Made by a program: the position numbers and the translations under genes. From assembly GCA_041613315.1 (NCBI GenBank), contig JBFJHJ010000044.1, positions 1 to 20,203 of the forward strand: DNA of 20,203 nucleotides, in the 5' to 3' direction. The DNA is from Gemmatimonadales bacterium (GTDB lineage Bacteria; Gemmatimonadota; Gemmatimonadetes; Gemmatimonadales; GWC2-71-9). Shown here in pieces: positions 7,941 through 15,038 of the stretch (position 1 is its first letter; each line of letters begins with the position of its first letter). The notes beneath the pieces are model-generated. The model was not told where the DNA came from. It ran no database searches and worked only from the letters and a program-made list of their open reading frames with translations.

Positions 7941-8138
7941 ATGGCTGAAGTCCGGTTGGATGAAAACGACAGCGTCGAATGGGCGATCAAGGTCTTTCGG
8001 CGCAAGGTCCAGCGTTCGGGGGTGCTCAAGGAGCTCCGCAAGAAGCGGTATTACGTGAAGCCCAGCACCGCGAAACGGCTGAAGAGCGCAGCCGCGCGCC
8101 GGCGACAGCAGCGGACCCGCCGGCGGCGGACCACGTAG
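7941..8138 (+). CDS. rpsU: 30S ribosomal protein bS21
   Basis: MAEVRLDENDSVEWAIKVFRRKVQRSGVLKELRKKRYYVKPSTAKRLK matches the bS21 pattern (E.A++.F++KV...G+L.E+++++YY.KPS). GGAG lies at 7931-7934. Confidence 0.93.
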   Translation: MAEVRLDENDSVEWAIKVFRRKVQRSGVLKELRKKRYYVKPSTAKRLKSAAARRRQQRTRRRRTT

Positions 8139-8227
8139 TCGCACGACAGCGCCCTCAGCGGTACGACTCGGCAAAGCTCACCGAGTCTGTCGCAGGATTC
8201 GTTGGCGTCCGGTAGGCGCTGGACGCC

Positions 8228-9025
8228 ATGCTCACACACAGCACGCTACCGGACATCCACGCCGCGCTCGCGGGCCTGGGGGCGACCCTCGCCCTCGTTA
8301 CCCTCGTCTGGCTGGTCAGTCTCGCGAAGCGCAACGTCAGCATCGTCGACGTCTTCTGGGGATTGGGATTCGTGGTCCTCGCGTGGCTGTACCGCGCGAC
8401 GGCGCCGGACCCCACTTTCCGGGCGCTCCTCGTCTCCCTGCTTGGCACCGTGTGGGGGCTCAGGCTGTCGGGCTACATCCTATGGCGGAACTGGGGGAGG
8501 GGCGAAGACTATCGCTACCGGGACATGCGGCAGCGGCGCGGCGCCCGCTTCCCGGTGGTGAGCCTCTGGACGGTGTTCTGGCTGCAGGGCGTGATCCTCT
8601 GGGTCGTGGCGCTCCCGATCTTCGCCGCCGCGCGGGCCGCCGGCCCGCCCGGACTCACCCTCCTGGATGCGGCGGGCGTCACGCTGTTCGCTGTCGGCCT
8701 GTGGTTCGAAACCGTCGGCGACCTTCAGCTCGCCCGCTTCAAGGCCGACCCGGCCAACCGAGGCAAGGTGATGGACCGCGGCCTGTGGCGGTTCACTCGA
8801 CATCCCAACTACTTCGGTGATGCGGTCGTCTGGTGGGGATTCTTCGCTTTCGCGGCCGCGACGGGCGCGTGGTGGAGCGCCGTGGGCCCGGCGCTCATGA
8901 CGGTGCTGCTGTTGCGCGTATCGGGCGTCTCGCTGCTGGAGCGGGGGTTGGCGGAGTCGAAGCCCGGTTACCGCGCCTACATCGAGCGCACGAGCGCCTT
9001 TGTTCCGTGGTTTCCCAAGTCTTGA
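8228..9025 (+). CDS. DUF1295 family membrane protein (steroid 5-alpha reductase-like)
   Basis: Motifs SIVDVFWG, GEDYRY, ETVGDLQLARFK, GLWRFTRHPNYFGD and Y..Y...TSAFVPWFP. Multiple TM segments. Confidence 0.92.
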   Translation: MLTHSTLPDIHAALAGLGATLALVTLVWLVSLAKRNVSIVDVFWGLGFVVLAWLYRATAPDPTFRALLVSLLGTVWGLRLSGYILWRNWGRGEDYRYRDMRQRRGARFPVVSLWTVFWLQGVILWVVALPIFAAARAAGPPGLTLLDAAGVTLFAVGLWFETVGDLQLARFKADPANRGKVMDRGLWRFTRHPNYFGDAVVWWGFFAFAAATGAWWSAVGPALMTVLLLRVSGVSLLERGLAESKPGYRAYIERTSAFVPWFPKS

Positions 9026-9035
9026 CGCCCGTGGC

Positions 9036-11432
9036 TCATTCGGCCCTCAGGGCAACCAGCGGACTGACGGTGCTCGCACGCCGCGCGGGCAGGTAACTGG
9101 CGACGAACGCCGCCGCCGCCAAGAGCAGTGCCACGGCACCGAAGATCAGCGGATCGAACGGCTTCACCCCAAACAGGAACAGGGATAGCCCGCGGCTCGC
9201 GATCGCGGCGAGCCCCAGACCGATCGCACCGCCCACCGCGACGATTCGCGCCCCCTCCCGCACCACCATCGCGATGACGTCGCGGCGGTCGGCACCCAAG
9301 GCCATCCGGACGCCGATCTCGTGGGTCCGCTGAGTCACCGAGTACGCCATCACGCCGTAGACGCCGACGACGGCGAGCACGATCGCGATCACGGCGAGCA
9401 CCATCATGACCTTCGCGAGCACCGTATTCGCCTGGATGTTCGCCGCGATCCGATCCTCGAAGGTGAGGACGTCGAACACTGGTTGGTCCGGATCCAGCGC
9501 CAGCACGACACTGCGCACGGCGCCGGTCAGCGACGTGGGGTCGCCGGTCGTCCGCAGCACGATGCCCAAGCGGCTGCTCGGCGTCTGCGCGAAGGCGAAG
9601 TACGCCATGGGGAGCGGCGCGGCGCTCTCGAGATCCACTTCCCGCGCATCCCGCACGACCCCTACGATCTCCCGCGGCCCGCCGCCGAATACGAGCCGCC
9701 TGCCAAGCGGATCGCCCTCCGGCCAGTGCCGGCGCACGAACGCCTCGTTGACGACCACCGCACGGACATCCGTGCTGCGATCGGAGGCGTGGAGGCCCCG
9801 TCCGCGAAGTACCGGGATGCCCAGCGTCTCGAAGTATTCTGGGGTGACGGAACGAAAGCTCACGATGGGCGACTGACCCGCCGGCACTTCCTCGCCCTCC
9901 AACTGATAACTCGTGCGGCTGTCGCCGATGAGCGGCAGGAGCGACGTGATCCCGACCGACTGGACCCCGGGCAGGGCGGCGAGCGCCTCGATCAACCGGT
10001 CCGCAAACCGGACGCGGTCGTCGTTCTCGGGATACTTGGCGGCCGGCAGGTCGGCGCGCACGGTGAGCGCGCTCCGGGGCTCGAATCCCAGGTCCGTCGT
10101 CCGAAGCTTGAGAAAGCCTTTCACGAGGAGGCTTGAGGACACGAGGAGGACCATCGCGAGCCCCACCTCGGCGATGACGAACGCGCTACGGAGGCGACCA
10201 CCCCGTCGGCTCAGGCTCGCCCCGCGGCCGCCGTCTTGAAGCGATTGGCGGAGGTCCTGGCGCACGACTTGGAGGGCCGGCGCGATGCCCGCCACGAGGC
10301 CTGCCGCCAGCGTGACCGCCACCGCGTACGCCAGCACGCGACCATCGATCCCGATCTCGTCCACGCGCGGGAACCATGCCGGCATGAGCCCCACGAGCGC
10401 ATCCACCGCGGGGAAGGACACCGCGATCCCAACGACGCCGCCCATGAGTCCCAGCAGCAGGCTCTCGGTGATCAACTGGCGCACGATTCGGCCGGCACCC
10501 GCGCCCAGCGCTCGCCGCACCGCGACCTCCCGTTCCCGACCGGCGGCCTGGGCGAGCAGGAGATTGGCGACGTTGGCGGCCGCGATGAGCAGGAGCAGGG
10601 TCACCGCGACGGTCGCGATGAGCGAGGCCTGACGGAACTCCTCGCCGAAGAGCGCATCCCAGAGCGGCGCCGCGCGGGCGCCCATGCCGACGTTCGTCGC
10701 GGGATACGTCTCCGCGAGCGCTTGGCCGATCGTCGCCACCTCGTCGTTCGCCTGCGCAAGCGTCGCGCCAGGCACGACGCGCCCGACGGTGCTCAGGAAG
10801 TGGCTGCCGCGCGACTCGGTCCCATCGTGGCTGAGCGGGAGGTAGAGCTCCGTCGTCCGATCGGGAAAGTTGAGCCCTGCCGGAGCGACGCCCACGACCA
10901 CATAGGCTTCGCCATCGAGCCGCAGGGTACGGCCCAGAACGTCCCGCTCGCCACCGAAACGGTTGACCCATAGCCGATGGCTCAGCACCACGACCCGTGC
11001 GTTTCCCGGCGTCTCGTTCTCGGAGAGGAAGCCGCGCCCCAATACCGGAGGCGTGGCCAGGACGCGGAAGAAGTTGTGCGACACTTGGAGGGCGAGGAGC
11101 CGGACGGGCAGATCTTCGTCCGACAGGTTCAGGCTCTGCCCGTCGTAGGCGGCCAGATCGAGCGTTCGGCTCCGCTCCCGATAGTCCAGAAAGTCGGGCA
11201 CCGAGAGATCCAGTTCGGTCCAGCCTCGCTCCGCATTCGTGTTCCAGACGACGGCAAGCCGGTCCGCCGAGGGGTAGGGGAGCGGGCGCAGCAGGAATAC
11301 GTCCACCGGGCTCAAGATGGCCGTCGTGGCGCCGATCCCGATCCCCAGACAGATGACGGCGAGCGCGGTGAAGGTCGGGCGTCTGCCGAGGGTACGCAGC
11401 GCGTAGCGGACGTCCTGGAGCAGCGTGTTCAT
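9036..11432 (-). CDS. ADOP-type duplicated ABC transporter permease (two MacB_PCD/FtsX repeats)
   Basis: Starts 'LLQDVRYALRTL..RP.FT'. Contains 'LLLIAAANVANLLLA...REREVAVRRALGA', a second half with 'GVYGVMAYSVTQRTHEIGVRMALGA', and ends 'YLPARRAS.VSP.VALRAE'. Confidence 0.93.
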   Translation of the reverse strand: MNTLLQDVRYALRTLGRRPTFTALAVICLGIGIGATTAILSPVDVFLLRPLPYPSADRLAVVWNTNAERGWTELDLSVPDFLDYRERSRTLDLAAYDGQSLNLSDEDLPVRLLALQVSHNFFRVLATPPVLGRGFLSENETPGNARVVVLSHRLWVNRFGGERDVLGRTLRLDGEAYVVVGVAPAGLNFPDRTTELYLPLSHDGTESRGSHFLSTVGRVVPGATLAQANDEVATIGQALAETYPATNVGMGARAAPLWDALFGEEFRQASLIATVAVTLLLLIAAANVANLLLAQAAGREREVAVRRALGAGAGRIVRQLITESLLLGLMGGVVGIAVSFPAVDALVGLMPAWFPRVDEIGIDGRVLAYAVAVTLAAGLVAGIAPALQVVRQDLRQSLQDGGRGASLSRRGGRLRSAFVIAEVGLAMVLLVSSSLLVKGFLKLRTTDLGFEPRSALTVRADLPAAKYPENDDRVRFADRLIEALAALPGVQSVGITSLLPLIGDSRTSYQLEGEEVPAGQSPIVSFRSVTPEYFETLGIPVLRGRGLHASDRSTDVRAVVVNEAFVRRHWPEGDPLGRRLVFGGGPREIVGVVRDAREVDLESAAPLPMAYFAFAQTPSSRLGIVLRTTGDPTSLTGAVRSVVLALDPDQPVFDVLTFEDRIAANIQANTVLAKVMMVLAVIAIVLAVVGVYGVMAYSVTQRTHEIGVRMALGADRRDVIAMVVREGARIVAVGGAIGLGLAAIASRGLSLFLFGVKPFDPLIFGAVALLLAAAAFVASYLPARRASTVSPLVALRAE

Positions 11433-11510
11433 GGCAGCTCTGGCGCTGGAGGGGTGTTGCTCTCTTCGACGTTGGGGGCCGCCGCGGGTTTCATTGGCAC
11501 GACTCGGCTG

Positions 11511-12281
11511 CTAGCGGGCTTGGCGCCGTTGGCGAATCTCGGTGTGCAGCCGGAGAACCTCGCTCATCACCTTGTCCACCAAGGCCTGCGCCGTCTCGCG
11601 GTCCCGCGAACGGCCGAGGAACTCCGAGTAGTCCACCGGCGGTCCGAACGAGACGTCCACACGCTTCCCGATGCGTGGGAGAAACGTCCCGATCGGGAGC
11701 ACGTCCTGCATGCCATGGATTGCCACGGGAATCACGCGAGGCCGCGTCGACAAGACCACCAGTCCCGCACCGGGCCGTGAGGCGCGGATCGACCCGTCAC
11801 GCGTGCGTCCGCCTTCCGGAAACAGCGTCATCACGCCGCCGGGGAGCACCGCGATCATCTGCCGCAGCGCCCCAAGGTCCCGCCGGCCTTCTTTCACCGG
11901 AATGCAACGCCACTTGTCGGCCAGCCAGCCGAGCCAACCCGGATGAAAGAAGTTCTCCTCCGCGGCCGGATTCCACGGAATCAGCCATGGCTTGATGAAG
12001 GACCCTGGAAAGAACGCCTCCATCCCCACCAGAAAGCTGTCGATCATCGACTGGTGATTGGACAGTAGCAGGGTGTTCGGCGTGCTTCCGACATGCTGTC
12101 TGCCGGACACCGTCGTGCGATTGAAGACATGCAAATAGACCCACATGATGGCGACGCAGGCGTGCGTCACCACGTATGCCAGAACCAACCAGATGATGCG
12201 TGCCAGGCCGGTGCGGCGCCTCCCCGGCGGCGTCGGGAGGGGCGGCCGCCCGGCCCGCCGGGGGTCCACGGGGTCGGGCAT
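11511..12281 (-). CDS. Lysophospholipid / 1-acyl-sn-glycerol-3-phosphate acyltransferase family protein (PlsC-like)
   Basis: Catalytic NHQSMID (HxxxxD), FPEGGRT and VIPVAIHG, plus an N-terminal TM helix. Start placed at ATG 12281; the track start at 12308 is an alternative. Confidence 0.88.
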   Translation of the reverse strand: MPDPVDPRRAGRPPLPTPPGRRRTGLARIIWLVLAYVVTHACVAIMWVYLHVFNRTTVSGRQHVGSTPNTLLLSNHQSMIDSFLVGMEAFFPGSFIKPWLIPWNPAAEENFFHPGWLGWLADKWRCIPVKEGRRDLGALRQMIAVLPGGVMTLFPEGGRTRDGSIRASRPGAGLVVLSTRPRVIPVAIHGMQDVLPIGTFLPRIGKRVDVSFGPPVDYSEFLGRSRDRETAQALVDKVMSEVLRLHTEIRQRRQAR

Positions 12282-12288
12282 GGGCGGT

Positions 12289-12294
12289 AAGATA
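12289..12294 (-). promoter_or_regulatory. Putative -10 element (TATCTT) of a leaderless acyltransferase transcript
   Basis: The minus strand reads TATCTT-ACCGCCC-ATG: the hexamer lies 7 nt before the start codon, with no SD in between. Confidence 0.4.
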
Positions 12295-12355
12295 TGCCTC
12301 ACATACAATCGTGGCGAGACTGCTCGCGCGGCTGGCTCGCCGGCCCGGTCCCGGG

Positions 12356-12361
12356 TATAGT
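12356..12361 (+). promoter_or_regulatory. Putative -10 element (TATAGT) for the serine hydrolase operon
   Basis: 5/6 match to TATAAT about 30 nt upstream of ATG 12391 in a divergent intergenic region. No convincing -35. Confidence 0.35.
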
Positions 12362-12390
12362 GCGTCGGTCCCCACTACGAGGTCGCAGGT

Positions 12391-13782
12391 ATGCTGTCGC
12401 TCATCCACGCCCGACTGATCACGGCGGCGCTGCTCGCCGTCGCGCTCGCCGGTCCCGCCGCCGCTCAGGGCTTTCCGGCGGATTCGACCGTCCGCGCCAT
12501 CCTCGCCGAGCGGGTCGCCACCCGACGTACGCCGGGCATCGTCGTCGGCCTCCTCGACGGGACGGGTCGGCGCGTTCTCGCCGCGGGCCGCGCGGATTCG
12601 GCCGCCCGGGTTCCACTCGACGGCCGCACCGTGTTCGAGATCGGGTCGGTGACCAAGGTATTCACGGCGACCGTGCTGGCGGACATGGTGGCGCGCGGCG
12701 TCGTGCGTTTGGACCAGCCCGTGGCCGAACTGCTGCCGGCGGATGCGCGCGTCCCGAGTCGTGGCGGCCGCGCGATCACGCTCCGAGAGCTCGTCACACA
12801 CACCTCGGCGTTGCCGAGGATGCCGAACAACTTTTCGCCGGCCGACCCCGCGAACCCTTACGCGGATTACTCCGTGCGGCAGCTTTACGCGTTCCTGTCG
12901 AGCTACGAGCTGCCACGGGACGTGGGCGAGGCGTACGAGTATTCCAATCTCGGCATGGGACTCTTGGGTCACGCGCTCGCGCGGCGTGCCGGCACGACCT
13001 ACGAAGCGCTCCTGACCGCACGCGTACTGTCCCCCCTCGCCATGCACGACACTCGCATCACGCTCACCCCAGACCTTCGGTCCCGCCTCGCTACCGGGCA
13101 CGACGCGATGGGCAACCCGACGGCCAACTGGGACATTCCGACGCTCGCCGGAGCGGGCGCGCTGCGGTCCACAGCCGACGACATGCTCACGTGGATCGCC
13201 GCGAACCTCGCGCCCCCCGAGGGGCCGCCCGGGCGGGCGATCCGCGACACCCACGCGCCGACCATTGCCACCGGTAACGAGGGCATGGACATCGCGCTCG
13301 GCTGGCACGTGGCCCGACGGCCGAACGCCACCATTATCTGGCACAATGGGGGAACCGGCGGCTATCACTCGTTCGTAGGATTCGACGCGGCTCGGGGCAT
13401 GGGCGTGGTGGTCCTCGCGAACTCCTCGATGAGCATCGATGACATCGCGATCCACCTCCTGGACAGCACCTTCGCGCTCCAGACCCCGGAACCGATCCGC
13501 CGCCGCACCGAAATCGCGGTCGCGCCCCGGGTGTTGGAGCGCTACGTCGGCGAGTACGAGCTCGCGCCGGGGTTCACGATCACCGTGACACGGGACGGCA
13601 ACCAGCTGTTCATCCAGGCCACGAACCAACCCAAGTTTCCGGCCTTTGCCGAGTCCGAAGCCGATTTCTTTCTCAAAGTGGTCGACGCGCAGATCAGCTT
13701 CGTCCGCGATGACGAAGGCACCGTGACGGGGCTCGTGCTGCACCAGGGCGGTGCCACCGTGCCTGGCCGTCGCATCCGATGA
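12391..13782 (+). CDS. Exported serine hydrolase, beta-lactamase class C/AmpC-like fold, with C-terminal DUF3471-like domain
   Basis: Signal peptide (AAA-Q cleavage). Motifs SxxK (FEIGSVTK), YxN (YEYSN) and WHNGGT. C-terminal 'LERYVGEYEL...' domain. Confidence 0.92.
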   Translation: MLSLIHARLITAALLAVALAGPAAAQGFPADSTVRAILAERVATRRTPGIVVGLLDGTGRRVLAAGRADSAARVPLDGRTVFEIGSVTKVFTATVLADMVARGVVRLDQPVAELLPADARVPSRGGRAITLRELVTHTSALPRMPNNFSPADPANPYADYSVRQLYAFLSSYELPRDVGEAYEYSNLGMGLLGHALARRAGTTYEALLTARVLSPLAMHDTRITLTPDLRSRLATGHDAMGNPTANWDIPTLAGAGALRSTADDMLTWIAANLAPPEGPPGRAIRDTHAPTIATGNEGMDIALGWHVARRPNATIIWHNGGTGGYHSFVGFDAARGMGVVVLANSSMSIDDIAIHLLDSTFALQTPEPIRRRTEIAVAPRVLERYVGEYELAPGFTITVTRDGNQLFIQATNQPKFPAFAESEADFFLKVVDAQISFVRDDEGTVTGLVLHQGGATVPGRRIR

Positions 13783-14213
13783 CCGATGCCGCGGGACGTA
13801 TCCGGGCGCTCGTGGACCTCGAGACGCGAGCATGGGATACGCAGGACGTCAGCTTGCTCCTCACTGTATTCCATCCGGACATGGTGTGGCCGTGGCCGCC
13901 CCGCCCCGACGCGCACGACCCGCTCGAGTGGGTGATCGAGTGGGGCCGGTTCGACGAGTCGCGCTGGCGCCGCGGATGGCAGAGACTGTTTGACACGCAC
14001 CGACTCGTGCACAACCGGCGAACGATTCGGAAGATCGTGGTGTCCAACGAGGACGACGGCGGTTTCGCCGTGGTGGACGTAGACACGATGTGGCGCGATG
14101 CGGGAGGCAACCATCTCCATTGGAAGGGGCGCGCCTGCAAGATCTACACGACCGTGGAAGGCGAATGGAAGCTGATCGCCCACACCGGTTTGCTGGACTA
14201 CTCGCTGCCCTGA
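13779..14213 (+). CDS. SnoaL-like / NTF2-fold (DUF4440-like) protein
   Basis: ATGA overlap with the upstream stop. NTF2-type pattern 'AW...D...L...FHPD' at the N-terminus and 'GEWKLIAH' at the C-terminus. Confidence 0.72.
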   Translation: MTDAAGRIRALVDLETRAWDTQDVSLLLTVFHPDMVWPWPPRPDAHDPLEWVIEWGRFDESRWRRGWQRLFDTHRLVHNRRTIRKIVVSNEDDGGFAVVDVDTMWRDAGGNHLHWKGRACKIYTTVEGEWKLIAHTGLLDYSLP

Positions 14214-14214
14214 C

Positions 14215-14940
14215 GTGACCGTGCCGCTCACCGCCATCATCTGGGACTATGACGGGACGCTCGTGGACACTCGGGAAAAAAACTTCCGAGTGGCGCGACG
14301 CATCATCTCGCAGGTGTGCGGCGACCCACCCGAGCGCTTCCCCGCCCTGCGATCGCTCGAGGCGTACGGGCGCGCGCTTCACCGGACGGCCAACTGGCGG
14401 GAGCTGTACCGGCGCGAGTTCGGCCTCTCGGAGGACGAGACGGATCGCGCCGGGTCGCTGTGGACCGGCTATCAACTCGAGGACGAGACGCCGGCTGCGC
14501 TGTTCGAAGGAATCCGGGAAGCGTTGGTGGCGTTGGACGGCGTGCCGCATGGCATCGTGTCACAGAACGCCCGGGAGACCATCGCCCAGGCCCTCGCGCA
14601 CGCCGACATCGCCGAGTACTTCCGCCACATCGTGGGCTACGAGGAGGTAGACGTCCGGCGCCAGAAGCCCGAGCCGGACGGCCTCTTGGCGTGCGTCGAG
14701 GCACTTACCGGATTGGCCAGCGGCTGGGTGCTCTACGTCGGCGACCACGACACCGACGTGCGCTGCGCGCGGCATGCCAACGAGGCTTTAGCTGCGGCGG
14801 GCAGGGCCGTGCGGATCGGGGCCGTGGGCGTCAGGTTCGGCGTGACGGCCGCACCCGCCTGGGCGGTAGCGCCCGACCACGTGGCGAAGCACCCGAAGGA
14901 GGTCGTCGCCTTCGCCCGCGCGTTCCTGCCCGACGGCTGA
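14215..14940 (+). CDS. HAD-superfamily hydrolase (phosphoglycolate phosphatase-like)
   Basis: Motif I WDYDGTL, motif II VSQN, motif III KPEPDG and motif IV YVGDHDTD. The GTG start lies 1 nt after the preceding stop. Confidence 0.9.
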   Translation: MTVPLTAIIWDYDGTLVDTREKNFRVARRIISQVCGDPPERFPALRSLEAYGRALHRTANWRELYRREFGLSEDETDRAGSLWTGYQLEDETPAALFEGIREALVALDGVPHGIVSQNARETIAQALAHADIAEYFRHIVGYEEVDVRRQKPEPDGLLACVEALTGLASGWVLYVGDHDTDVRCARHANEALAAAGRAVRIGAVGVRFGVTAAPAWAVAPDHVAKHPKEVVAFARAFLPDG

Positions 14941-14966
14941 CGGCGGCCGACGACACCCACCCAACG

Positions 14967-15004
14967 CACGACGGCCGGCGACCTGAGCGTCGCCGGCCGT
15001 CGTG
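14967..15004. terminator. Perfect 16-bp hairpin between convergent genes (probable bidirectional terminator or 3'-end stabiliser)
   Basis: CACGACGGCCGGCGAC (14967-14982), loop CTGAGC, GTCGCCGGCCGTCGTG (14989-15004). No U-tract on either strand. Confidence 0.65.
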
Positions 15005-15038
15005 TCTCGTCCCGCCTACGTCGCGGACCGTCGCCGGA

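Noticed and set aside
12391..13782. Calling the serine hydrolase an antibiotic-resistance beta-lactamase
   Set aside because: It has HNG rather than the KTG triad of true AmpC, plus a DUF3471-like tail. Such proteins are often peptidases or esterases.
11797..13833. 678-aa minus-strand ORF
   Set aside because: Antisense shadow of the serine hydrolase gene. It is Arg/Gly/His-rich with no recognisable motifs, which is typical of high-GC DNA.
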